This document shows positions 29,105 to 38,256 of a stretch of DNA of 38,256 nucleotides, in pieces; position 1 is the stretch's first letter; each line of letters begins with the position of its first letter. Below the pieces are notes generated by a model. That model was not told the origin of the DNA. It made no database searches and saw only the letters and a program-made list of their open reading frames with translations. Made by a program: the position numbers and the translations under genes. This stretch comes from Akkermansiaceae bacterium (GTDB taxonomy: Bacteria > Verrucomicrobiota > Verrucomicrobiia > Verrucomicrobiales > Akkermansiaceae): positions 1 through 38,256 of the forward strand of contig JALZUH010000063.1 of the NCBI GenBank assembly GCA_023301645.1, read 5' to 3'.

Positions 29105-31060
29105 CTATAGCAGTTTAGAAACTTCGAGCAAGAATACGATTTTTTGTCGGCTTGATGCTAGCTGCCTTACCTCGGCGATGGGCTTATTTACTTCACCTTT
29201 TTTGACATAGGCTTTTGCTCGTAACCTTGAAATGTTATCTTCAGCCTTAGTTTTCGTGTTTGCTGATCGAATAGATAAGACCGCAAACTGAGCGGCATCG
29301 ATGTCACTGACTGCGAAAACCTCAGCTAGCTTCTGATAGGATTTATCTCGCTGATTCACGGCCGAGATCGTAGCTGCTAGCGAGAGAGCGTGATTTGACT
29401 CTCCTCGCTCGGCATAGGCCGTCGACATACTAGAGAGGATTCTATCGAGGGCATTACCCGAGTCGACTGACTGCGCCATACGGTCGGCATCCTCTAGCAT
29501 CGCAAATGATGCGCGACTATCACCTTGTTTTTCACGCGTGCGAGCCAGAGATACAAGGGTAAGCGCTTTCTCGTCGATTCTTGATATTTGTTGAGTGGTG
29601 TTATAGGCGTCGGCATGGTTGCCAGCAGCTGTCGCAGCCTCCGCTATGACCTTGTATGCACGGTCTCGCTGCACACCACTAGCAATCATCGTTGCAATAT
29701 TCCGGGCTTGCCCCGTCGTGGTTTGCCGTGCCGTGATACGAGAGAGAGCGATCATGCTTCGATTCCGTATCATATCAGAAGGAATGGAATGCACCCTCGT
29801 TAGTGAGCCACTAAGATCTCCAGACTTCGCCTGCGCGACAGAAAGGTTCTCAAGTGCCTCAGAGCGCTGCCCGTCGCCTCGGATGTGATTTGAGACAATG
29901 GCACTGTTGGAAAACTTCCCTGAAACAGCAAGCTGTCGCGAGAGATCCTTCAGCGAAATATCGGCCACATCTTGATTTTTCAGTGCCTGTATGGTGCCCA
30001 AGCTACCTTCGACATCACCATTTTTGGCTCTGATTTTCGCAATACGGACATGAGCAGCCTCCCTGATCTGGTCATCATTAATGTGGTGTAATGACTGCTC
30101 TGATCCGTGATAATCACCCAGTGATGCCCTAGCTTCTGCGATGCGGCGATAAGCTGTGTTTCTCTTTTTTTGGTCGGCAATGGAAAAACTCGTCTGTATC
30201 GCCCGAGAGAGATCCTCGAACTTCGCCTCATTAGCCGATAGGTCAACTAATGCTGAGTCTCGATTACTTCCAACGGTGATGGATGACATCACCCTTCTTG
30301 CCATCTCCAGCTCGCCATGAAGAGCTGACCATGACACCGCAACACCCATCGCACGCTGCCTAGCTGAGCTATCGGGGATATTGGCCAGTGCATCCTCAGC
30401 TAAGGAGAACTGCTCCAGAGATAACATCGCCCTGACAACCGAAGAGACTGCTTGCGTCGTTTTCCTAGCATCATCTGGGTAAACGGCGAGACTTAGTGAT
30501 TTCTTGAGCACCTCACGTGCCTTTCTCCTGTCACCAAGACGGAAGTATTCAGCCGCCACATTATTAAGATTGAACGATGGCTCCTCAGCTTTGAGTGCCA
30601 CTCTATAGGACTCTTTTAAAATAGCGGCACGAAGAAGCCCTTTTTTATCAACGACTAATGAGGCGTTATTAAAGTGTGAACTTGACCTCTGCCCCTTTTG
30701 AAAAACAACCAAGTCCTTCGGGTCGACTTGCTTTTGGGCAAGCGTATCCTTGAGCTTGGTATCACCTTCAGGCCCACCCTTCTCAGAATCAGACTCAGAC
30801 TCATCACCTTTAAGAACCCTCTCAGAAGACCTAGGCTCCTGCCCATTAGCCGATGAAAGCTTATGATTCGTAGCAGAACGATCACGGCCAGTGGGCTTCA
30901 GCGCTCCCTCAGTGGCAGGCTTATCATCTTCTTTAAAAAGCGAAGTCATGACCAAATACGAAGCCAAGACCATCATCAACCCCGCTGACAATGGAAATAA
31001 ATGACGTCTTAAAAGCCCAAGAAGACCTCCTAACGTATCATGTGACTGCGACTGCTTCAT
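29105..31060 (-). CDS. Membrane-anchored alpha-solenoid (TPR-like, ~33-aa repeats) protein
   Basis: One N-terminal TM, a charged linker, then repeated units of the form I-x5-R-xx-AL-xx-I/L-xxxx-A-xx-GD. Confidence 0.8.
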   Translation of the reverse strand: MKQSQSHDTLGGLLGLLRRHLFPLSAGLMMVLASYLVMTSLFKEDDKPATEGALKPTGRDRSATNHKLSSANGQEPRSSERVLKGDESESDSEKGGPEGDTKLKDTLAQKQVDPKDLVVFQKGQRSSSHFNNASLVVDKKGLLRAAILKESYRVALKAEEPSFNLNNVAAEYFRLGDRRKAREVLKKSLSLAVYPDDARKTTQAVSSVVRAMLSLEQFSLAEDALANIPDSSARQRAMGVAVSWSALHGELEMARRVMSSITVGSNRDSALVDLSANEAKFEDLSRAIQTSFSIADQKKRNTAYRRIAEARASLGDYHGSEQSLHHINDDQIREAAHVRIAKIRAKNGDVEGSLGTIQALKNQDVADISLKDLSRQLAVSGKFSNSAIVSNHIRGDGQRSEALENLSVAQAKSGDLSGSLTRVHSIPSDMIRNRSMIALSRITARQTTTGQARNIATMIASGVQRDRAYKVIAEAATAAGNHADAYNTTQQISRIDEKALTLVSLARTREKQGDSRASFAMLEDADRMAQSVDSGNALDRILSSMSTAYAERGESNHALSLAATISAVNQRDKSYQKLAEVFAVSDIDAAQFAVLSIRSANTKTKAEDNISRLRAKAYVKKGEVNKPIAEVRQLASSRQKIVFLLEVSKLL

Positions 31061-31466
31061 TATTCTAAGTTATATATACGCGATTTATACATTGTCTATT
31101 ACAACAGCTAGATACGTAATCCTAAGACCAACTATCACAAGAACCCTAGACCACCTTTATCATGAATTTAATTCACCCTACCTATCCGCCCCACAAACGA
31201 GTAATAACCTTAAGTTAGCAATATGGTAAATTTCACACTTGGCAAAACCACCCAAAATAGCTTATTTCTCCCCCCACAAAACATGATATTGTGCTAAAGT
31301 GCCCTAAAACGCCGACAGCAACGCACCAATACCACCTCTGACCAAATCTTGATAACATCTCAAAAGAAACTCAACAAAGTCTTTAATTAGAAGCCTTTAA
31401 GAGCACCAATAGAGACATCAATTTCTTCGCAATCTACCTATTACTTTTTCTCACATTATTTCAACC

Positions 31467-34400
31467 ATGCCTTTCCCATACCATACTAGCACCCCAGACA
31501 GCACAGGTTCACTTCACAGTTTTGCAAACGAGCGAGACAACTGCGGCATGGGAGCTATTGCTAATATTAATGGCGTCAGATCATTTGAAATCCTCAATCT
31601 TGCCGTCGAATCTGTCTGCAACATGACTCACCGAGGTGCAGTCGACGCCGACATGAAGACAGGTGACGGCTCTGGCATCCTCAGCCAAATCCCCCTCCCC
31701 ATCTTCCGTAAAGCAGCAGCTGAGCTAGGTCACGACCTCAAAAACGACGAAGACCTCGCCGTTGGTGTATTTTTCCTACCAGCAGATGACACACAAGCTC
31801 AGCAGGAGATCAAAACACTTGCTGAAGAAACCATCAAAGCACGCGGAGTTACATTCATCGGCTGGCGCACCACTCCCGTAGCCACTGAAGAGCTCGGCAC
31901 CTTGGGTCAAAAAACCCAGCCACACATTCTCCACCTCCTCATGGAGAAGCCTACCGACTGGGACTCACTCCACTTCGAGCGTCAGCTTTACCTCTGCCGC
32001 CGCACCATCGAGCACAAGACCGTTGATGTAGAAAACTTCTACATGCCATCATTCTCCAGCAAGCTAATCTCCTACAAGGGCCTAGCGATGCCAGCCACGC
32101 TCAGAGCATTCTACCTCGACCTACAGGACCCAGATTTCGAAACAGCTATCGTGCTCTATCACCAGCGCTTCTCGACGAACACCTTCCCAGCGTGGCCTCT
32201 TGGCCAGCCATTCCGCATGATGTGTCACAATGGTGAGATTAACACCGTGCGCGGCAACCGTAACTGGATGGCATCCCGCGAAGAATTTTTCCAATCCGAC
32301 GTATGGGGCGAAGACATGGACCTACTCAAAAACGTCCTTAAGGACAATGAGTCAGACTCAGCCAGCCTCGACCACGCTCTTGAGCTACTCACACTCTCAG
32401 GCCGCTCACTCGAGCACTCCATGTGTATGCTCGTGCCACCAGCCTACCGTGATGACGCAGAAATCTCAGACGACCTACGCGCCTTCTACCAATACAACTC
32501 AGGCTTCTCAGAGCCATGGGATGGCCCAGCAGGACTCGTCTACACTGATGGTAATATCCTCTGCGCGTCACTCGACCGTAATGGACTGCGCCCCTCACGC
32601 TTCAAGCTCACCAATGACGGACTCCTCTACATCGGTTCAGAAATTGGTGCTGTAGAGATCGACGACAGTAAAGTCATCAGAACTGGCCGCCTAGGACCAG
32701 GACAGATGATGTCAGTTGACCTATCTACTGGAACCATGCGTTTCGACCGCGAGATCAAAGAAACCCTCGCCAAGCAAAAGCCATACCGTCAGTGGATCGA
32801 CGAGCAGCAGCTCACCCTCCACGACTTCATCTCTCCTGAGCCACAGGTGCCTGCGATCGAAACAGACCCAGTCGCCCTCTCCCGCATGCACATCATGCAT
32901 GCCATCAATACCGAGGAACTAGAAATGGTCTTCCCGCCGATGATTAACAACGCCCAAGAAGCCGTCTTCTCCATGGGTGACGACATCCCACTGGCAGCAC
33001 TATCATCCTACCCTCGCCTTCTGCCTACCTACTTCAAGCAGCTCTTCGCACAGGTAACTAACCCACCCATTGACCCGATTCGTGAGCACGCAGTCATGAG
33101 TCTAGCAGCGGGACTAGGGCCTGAGCACAACATCCTCGACGAAACACCCGAGCACGCACGTCTACTGAGCCTCGACTCAGCTGTTCTACTTGAGCAAGAA
33201 ATCGAGCGCATTAAAGAGATGAAAGACCAAGGCTTCTCAAGCCGCGTCATCGACACCACTTGGGACGCATCATCGGGAAGTGCAGGCATGGAAGCCGCAC
33301 TGAAAACAGTATGTGAAGCCGCTGAAAAAGCAGTCGACGAAAACATCACTATCCTCATTCTCACAGACCGCGCCGCCTCCGTCGACCGTATTCCGCTACC
33401 AGCGATGCTCGTCACAGGTGCCGTCCACCAGCACCTCAACCGAGCACGCAAGCGTCTACGCACATCCCTAGTCATCGACTGCGGAGAAGCACGTGACACT
33501 CACCAGATCGCATGTCTCTTTGGCTTCGGTGCTACAGCCGTCTGCCCATACCTTGGTTACGCCACAGTCCGTGAGCTCATCCACAACGACAAAAAAGGCA
33601 AGATCACCGAAGGCATCTCTGAGGTCAAAGCGATGAAAAACTATCGCAAAGCGCTTGAAAAAGGACTCCTCAAAATCATGTCCAAAATGGGTATCTCCGT
33701 GCTCAACTCCTACCAAGGTGCTCAAATCTTTGAAGCCATCGGCATCGGAAAAGACGTCATGGACTACTGCTTCACAGGTGCACAATCCCGCATCGAAGGT
33801 ATTGGCTTCCTTGAAATCGCTGAAGAATCTCTCATCCGCCACAAAGCTGCCTACCAAGACATCGCTGAAGGCAATGAATCTACCCAGCCACTCGACCTAG
33901 GTGACCCCGGCTACAACCGCTACCGTAAGCAAGGTGAGCGCCACGGCATCACCACACAAGTCGTCAAGAGCTTCCACGAATTCGTAGAAAGCGGCGATCA
34001 GGACGAATACGAAGACTACGTAAAAGCAACCCTCGATACTCACCCAGTGACCATCAAGGACATGTTTGAGTTCGTCCCAGCGACCTCTGGACCCATCCCG
34101 ATTGAAGAAGTTGAGCCACTCGAAGACATCCGCCGCCGTTTCACCACAGCAGCCATGTCCATGGGAGCACTCTCCCCTGAAGCACACGAAACACTCGCCA
34201 TTGCCATGAACCGCATCGGTGGTAAGTCCGACTCAGGTGAAGGTGGCGAAGACCCAATCCGCTTCAAGCCATACCCAAATGGAGACCGCGCCCGCTCACG
34301 CATCAAGCAGATCGCATCAGGTCGCTTCGGAGTATCTGCCCACTACCTCGTCAACGCTGACGAGCTAGAAATCAAAATGGCACAAGGAGCAAAGCCCGGA

Positions 34401-36086
34401 GAAGGTGGCCAGCTACCAGCTCATAAGGTCAATGGCATCATTGCACGTCTGCGTAATACTCAGCCAGGTGTTCAGCTCATCTCCCCTCCTCCACACCACG
34501 ACATCTACTCCATTGAAGACCTTGCACAGCTCATCCACGACCTGAAGGAAATCAACCCAACAGCCCGCGTCACAGTCAAGCTCGTCGCAGAAGCTGGTGT
34601 AGGAACCGTTGCTGCAGGTGTGGCCAAAGCAAGTGCCGACACCATCCTCATCTCAGGACACGATGGTGGCACCGCAGCCTCACCACTATCATCGACTAAG
34701 CACGCAGGACTCCCATGGGAAATGGGTCTCTCCGAAGCCCAGCAAGCACTCGTGCTTAATGGACTACGCTCACGAGTCACCCTCAGAACTGACGGTGGAC
34801 TACGAAATGGTAGAGACATCATCACAGCAGCCATTCTCGGTGCAGAAGAATACAACTTCGGAACGATTGCCATGATGGCAATGGGTTGCGTTTACGTTCG
34901 CCGCTGCCACCTCAACAACTGCCCTGTAGGCATCGCAACCACCGACCCTAAATGGCGCGCCAAATTCAAAGGCACACCTGAAATGGTCATCAACTTCTTC
35001 AACGCATGCGCAGAAGAAGCACGCGGTATTATGGCAGAACTAGGAGTTAAGAAACTCGACGACCTCATCGGTCACACTGAGTTCCTCAAGCAGCGCAACA
35101 TCCCAGATCACCCGAAGGCAAACACACTCAACCTCGAGCCAGTGCTCAGAGACGTATCAAGTGAAGTTGCCAAGTCTAACGGTGTTGACGTTTCTGAAAT
35201 CTCACGCATCCGCCTTGATGACAGAAATGACGGCATTCACAAGCCAGCCCTCGACTTACAGATCCTCGAAGACGTTAAGAAAGAGCTCGGCAGTGAAGAC
35301 CTCGCCACCCTCATGGATCGCCCAGCGATGAATCTCCAATACAAGGTAGTCAACACCGATCGTAACATCGGCACACGACTCGCTGGTCGCATTGCAGACA
35401 TCCACGGCAATCACGGACTACCTGACGGCACCATCAACCTCACCGTTAATGGCTCATCAGGACAATCACTCGGAACCTTCCTCTGTAGTGGTATTAACAT
35501 CCACGCCATAGGAGAAGCTAATGACTACGTTGGTAAAGGCATGGCAGGAGGCCGCATCATCGTGCAGCCATCACCAGAGGCCAACTTCGACCCAGCCTCA
35601 AACTCCATCGTAGGAAACACCTGCATGTATGGAGCTACTGGGGGAAGTCTCTTTGTCAATGGACGCGCAGGCGAGCGCTTCTGCGTTCGAAACTCAGGAA
35701 GCACCGCAGTCTGTGAAGGCGTAGGTGACCACGGTGCCGAATACATGACCAATGGACTACTCCTCATCCTCGGCATCACTGGTAAGAACTTCGGTGCAGG
35801 CATGTCAGGTGGAGCAGCATTCATCTACGACGTAGATGGCCGCTTCCAGTCACGTATCAACCCTGAGATGGTAGCCCCTCTTCCGATCAAACGTCAGGAA
35901 GACATCGCCACCGTCAAAGCCCTCGTCGAAGAACACTATGAACTCACCGGCAGCGGCAGAGCCAAGGAAATCTTAGACAACTGGGAAGCATCAGTGAAGA
36001 AATTCATCCGAGTCATCCCGAAGCAGCGCATTGAGCTAGAAGCAGCTGAAGAAGAGCACGAAGCAGCTTCAACACCGCATATCTAG
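31467..36086 (+). CDS. gltB: Glutamate synthase large subunit
   Basis: ERDNCGMG (N-terminal Cys nucleophile), HQRFSTNT, KQLFAQVTNPPIDP, KMAQGAKPGEGGQLP and the [3Fe-4S] motif CVYVRRCHLNNC. Confidence 0.98.
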   Translation: MPFPYHTSTPDSTGSLHSFANERDNCGMGAIANINGVRSFEILNLAVESVCNMTHRGAVDADMKTGDGSGILSQIPLPIFRKAAAELGHDLKNDEDLAVGVFFLPADDTQAQQEIKTLAEETIKARGVTFIGWRTTPVATEELGTLGQKTQPHILHLLMEKPTDWDSLHFERQLYLCRRTIEHKTVDVENFYMPSFSSKLISYKGLAMPATLRAFYLDLQDPDFETAIVLYHQRFSTNTFPAWPLGQPFRMMCHNGEINTVRGNRNWMASREEFFQSDVWGEDMDLLKNVLKDNESDSASLDHALELLTLSGRSLEHSMCMLVPPAYRDDAEISDDLRAFYQYNSGFSEPWDGPAGLVYTDGNILCASLDRNGLRPSRFKLTNDGLLYIGSEIGAVEIDDSKVIRTGRLGPGQMMSVDLSTGTMRFDREIKETLAKQKPYRQWIDEQQLTLHDFISPEPQVPAIETDPVALSRMHIMHAINTEELEMVFPPMINNAQEAVFSMGDDIPLAALSSYPRLLPTYFKQLFAQVTNPPIDPIREHAVMSLAAGLGPEHNILDETPEHARLLSLDSAVLLEQEIERIKEMKDQGFSSRVIDTTWDASSGSAGMEAALKTVCEAAEKAVDENITILILTDRAASVDRIPLPAMLVTGAVHQHLNRARKRLRTSLVIDCGEARDTHQIACLFGFGATAVCPYLGYATVRELIHNDKKGKITEGISEVKAMKNYRKALEKGLLKIMSKMGISVLNSYQGAQIFEAIGIGKDVMDYCFTGAQSRIEGIGFLEIAEESLIRHKAAYQDIAEGNESTQPLDLGDPGYNRYRKQGERHGITTQVVKSFHEFVESGDQDEYEDYVKATLDTHPVTIKDMFEFVPATSGPIPIEEVEPLEDIRRRFTTAAMSMGALSPEAHETLAIAMNRIGGKSDSGEGGEDPIRFKPYPNGDRARSRIKQIASGRFGVSAHYLVNADELEIKMAQGAKPGEGGQLPAHKVNGIIARLRNTQPGVQLISPPPHHDIYSIEDLAQLIHDLKEINPTARVTVKLVAEAGVGTVAAGVAKASADTILISGHDGGTAASPLSSTKHAGLPWEMGLSEAQQALVLNGLRSRVTLRTDGGLRNGRDIITAAILGAEEYNFGTIAMMAMGCVYVRRCHLNNCPVGIATTDPKWRAKFKGTPEMVINFFNACAEEARGIMAELGVKKLDDLIGHTEFLKQRNIPDHPKANTLNLEPVLRDVSSEVAKSNGVDVSEISRIRLDDRNDGIHKPALDLQILEDVKKELGSEDLATLMDRPAMNLQYKVVNTDRNIGTRLAGRIADIHGNHGLPDGTINLTVNGSSGQSLGTFLCSGINIHAIGEANDYVGKGMAGGRIIVQPSPEANFDPASNSIVGNTCMYGATGGSLFVNGRAGERFCVRNSGSTAVCEGVGDHGAEYMTNGLLLILGITGKNFGAGMSGGAAFIYDVDGRFQSRINPEMVAPLPIKRQEDIATVKALVEEHYELTGSGRAKEILDNWEASVKKFIRVIPKQRIELEAAEEEHEAASTPHI

Positions 36087-36129
36087 AGACTTCAATCTCG
36101 GCACATCTCCTCGGAGAAACCCATCTAAC

Positions 36130-36168
36130 AACCCATCACTGGTAACTCATACCGGTGGTGGGTTTTTT
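36130..36168 (+). terminator. Intrinsic terminator after gltB
   Basis: AACCCATCACTGGTA-actca-TACCGGTGGTGGGTTTTTT. Confidence 0.85.
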
Positions 36169-36271
36169 CCTCCCTGCCATAAGCAGACTCTCTAAAAAAT
36201 ACAAAATGGGCTAATATCAGATTACTTCATTCAAATCTTGTATTTTCAATAACCCTGAGTAGTTTCCTGTC

Positions 36272-36550
36272 GCCGATGGACTTAATGATTAGTTCGGTTT
36301 GCAAGATTATCAACATATCTTAACAAATCAAACACCCATCTTCCCTCCCGAGGGAATGACATGTCGATTATTGCCATGACACGTCTGAGAACTACGGCAC
36401 CCAAATAACGCTCCTAGGCGAGCTCACCAATAGATAGACCACATCATCTACGTCTCTGCGATTTCCAAGACCGCAACGGATGATGGAATGCTAACAATAG
36501 CATCTGGGTCAACAAACATCTAAAACTAACTATGAGGCTCGCCAGCGTAA
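36272..36550 (+). ncRNA. Candidate structured RNA leader or ncRNA, family unknown
   Basis: Multiple nested complementary segments (see findings). No credible ORF. A possible promoter TTGTAT(36238)-16 nt-TAGTTT(36260) lies upstream. Confidence 0.45.
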
Positions 36551-36573
36551 CCAACACATAAAAACGACACACA

Positions 36574-37326
36574 ATGTCACAAGAAACAAAAGGTAGCCGA
36601 GGCTCAAATGCTGGCTCAAACAACAGACAAGGCGGTAACAACAATAACCGTAATCGTAACAGAAACCGCAATCGCAACAGACGACCAAGTGGTGGAAACC
36701 AAGGTGGCGGCAACAGACAAGGAGGCGGAAGCCGTCAGCGTCAAGCCAAGCCAATCCCACTCACTCTCTGGGAGAAAATCCTCAAGTTCTTCGGACTCTA
36801 CAAGGCACCTACACGCCCACCTAGAAGACAGTCCACAGGCTCTCACCCAGCAACTCAAGCCACTCAGTCAGGCGAAGGCAAGAAAACTGCAGCTAAGTCA
36901 AACACGCGCAATGCACGTGGTAAGACCGAAGGCGGTAACTCAAGAGCAGGTGCTAACGGAACCAAGAACTTCCCAGTAGAAACACCTCGTCTCTACCTCG
37001 GAAACCTCTCCTACGACGCTACCGAGCACGACATCGAAGACCTCTTCAAAGGCATCGGAACTGTGCGTAACGTAGAGATCATCTACAACCGTCACACCCA
37101 TCGTTCGAAGGGATACGGATTCCTTGAGATGCTCAATGTTGACGAAGCAAAGCGTGCTGTAGAGGTCCTTCACGACCAGCCATTCATGGGGCGCAACCTC
37201 GTTGTCAACGGTGCTAACGCAAAGCCTCAGGGCGATGACAAGCCACGTAACAACAACCGCGCTAAGCAAGAAGACGCACCAGCAGCTTCATCTGAAGAGA
37301 CATCATCAGAGCCAGCTGCTGAGTAA
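36574..37326 (+). CDS. RRM (RNP-1) RNA-binding protein with low-complexity N-terminal extension
   Basis: RNP2 LYLGNLSY and RNP1 SKGYGFLEM. G/N/R-rich N-terminus. Confidence 0.93.
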   Translation: MSQETKGSRGSNAGSNNRQGGNNNNRNRNRNRNRNRRPSGGNQGGGNRQGGGSRQRQAKPIPLTLWEKILKFFGLYKAPTRPPRRQSTGSHPATQATQSGEGKKTAAKSNTRNARGKTEGGNSRAGANGTKNFPVETPRLYLGNLSYDATEHDIEDLFKGIGTVRNVEIIYNRHTHRSKGYGFLEMLNVDEAKRAVEVLHDQPFMGRNLVVNGANAKPQGDDKPRNNNRAKQEDAPAASSEETSSEPAAE

Positions 37327-37351
37327 TCAGCTACAGCTAGAAATAATCAAC

Positions 37352-37392
37352 AAAGCCCGCTTGAGAGATCATACTCCAAGCGGGCTTTTTTT
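37352..37392 (+). terminator. Intrinsic terminator
   Basis: AAAGCCCGCTTG…CAAGCGGGCTTTTTTT. Confidence 0.88.
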
Positions 37393-37433
37393 ATGGGCAT
37401 CCACGCCATTCTCTCTTTTACTCCACTCAGGAT

Positions 37434-38256
37434 ATGACTCAGCCCATTTACATCTGCGGCCCTACTGCCTCGGGGAAGACCGCCATTGCCATTGAGATGG
37501 CTAAGCTCACGGGTGGTGAGATTATTAATGCTGACGCCTACCAGATCTATAAAGGCATGGAGATCATCTCTGCTGCCCCCAGTGCCGACGAGCTGGCACA
37601 GGCACCTCACCACCTCTACGGAGTGCTGACGGCAGACGAGCTATGTGACGCCATGGCCTACCGAGAAATGGCACAAGCAACCATTAAGGAGGTGCAATCA
37701 CGAGGCAAGACACCCATCGTCACAGGTGGGTCTGGCATGTATCTTAAGTTCCTCACCCACGGCCCGTCTCCTGTCCCCGCTAGTGATGAGAGCCTACGTG
37801 CTGAGCTAGAGACCAAGAGCGACGACACCCTCATTGCCCAGCTCAGAGACCTCGATCCCGAAGGTGCCGCCATGACTAATCTCCAGAACCGCCGCTATGT
37901 CATCCGCGCTCTCGAAATATGCCTCCTCTCTGGGCAAAAAATGTCAGAACTCAAAAACACGTGGAAAAAGGCCAATGAAGCCACTGAGAAACAACTTCGC
38001 GGCATCTACCTAGCATGGAATGTCGAGGAGCTACGCCAGCGTATCAATCTCCGTGCAGAAATCATGCTCGCATCAGGTGCCATTGAAGAAGTTGCTGCCC
38101 TACCAGAAGCATCCATCACTTGCCAAAAAGCAATTGGTGTCTCCCAGATCAGAACCTTACTTGCTGGTGACATAGACCGCGCGCAATGCACTGAGCTCAT
38201 CGCAGCCGCTACACGCCAATATGCCAAGCGCCAGAGAACATGGTTCCGCAAAGAGA
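37434..38256 (+). CDS. miaA: tRNA dimethylallyltransferase, 3'-truncated by the window edge (absent from the ORF track)
   Basis: Hand translation from ATG 37434: MTQPIYICGPTASGKT…EIINADAYQIYKGMEIISAAP…PHHLYG…IVTGGSGMYL…TRQYAKRQRTWFR. Confidence 0.95.
   Translation, partial: MTQPIYICGPTASGKTAIAIEMAKLTGGEIINADAYQIYKGMEIISAAPSADELAQAPHHLYGVLTADELCDAMAYREMAQATIKEVQSRGKTPIVTGGSGMYLKFLTHGPSPVPASDESLRAELETKSDDTLIAQLRDLDPEGAAMTNLQNRRYVIRALEICLLSGQKMSELKNTWKKANEATEKQLRGIYLAWNVEELRQRINLRAEIMLASGAIEEVAALPEASITCQKAIGVSQIRTLLAGDIDRAQCTELIAAATRQYAKRQRTWFRKE

Noticed and set aside
36638-36684. AAC/CGT-type short repeats, as a microsatellite or CRISPR-like array
   Set aside because: They encode the Asn/Arg tract with varied codons. 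There is no repeat-spacer structure and no cas gene.
1-38256. Alternative genetic code (UGA as Trp/Gly, or UAG readthrough)
   Set aside because: All recognisable proteins are full length under code 11, Trp uses TGG, and TAG falls at the expected C-termini (FKBP, AcpS, PdxJ, GltB).

Overview
A gene-dense bacterial chromosomal segment with 30 complete CDSs and two edge-truncated genes (selA at the left, miaA at the right). The SHD1-domain secreted protein, A/C-rich start contexts without Shine-Dalgarno motifs and the gene content suggest a Verrucomicrobiota/PVC organism (inference). Housekeeping content: selA, an OMF-MFP-RND efflux operon, leuS-VOC-queD-LMW phosphatase, pdxJ-acpS, FKBP, nfeD, beta-carbonic anhydrase, a DAACS symporter, gltB, an RRM protein and miaA. 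No tRNA, rRNA, CRISPR array, transposase or phage gene was recognised. Most notable observations: (1) a BlaI + M56 (BlaR1-like) sensor pair with two near-perfect operators, whose sensor ends in a CxxCH heme-c motif instead of a penicillin-binding domain; (2) a GbsR-type repressor with three visible TTTCAG-N6-CTGAAA-like operators, upstream of a DCC1 thiol protein, a membrane protein and two TIGR01777 paralogs; (3) a ~280-nt highly structured leader or ncRNA upstream of an RRM protein that has an Arg/Asn-rich tail and a putative amphipathic membrane helix; (4) no TGA among the 31 stop codons visible (18 TAG, 13 TAA) in a selA-bearing genome. All functional calls come from motif recognition by eye, not database searches.
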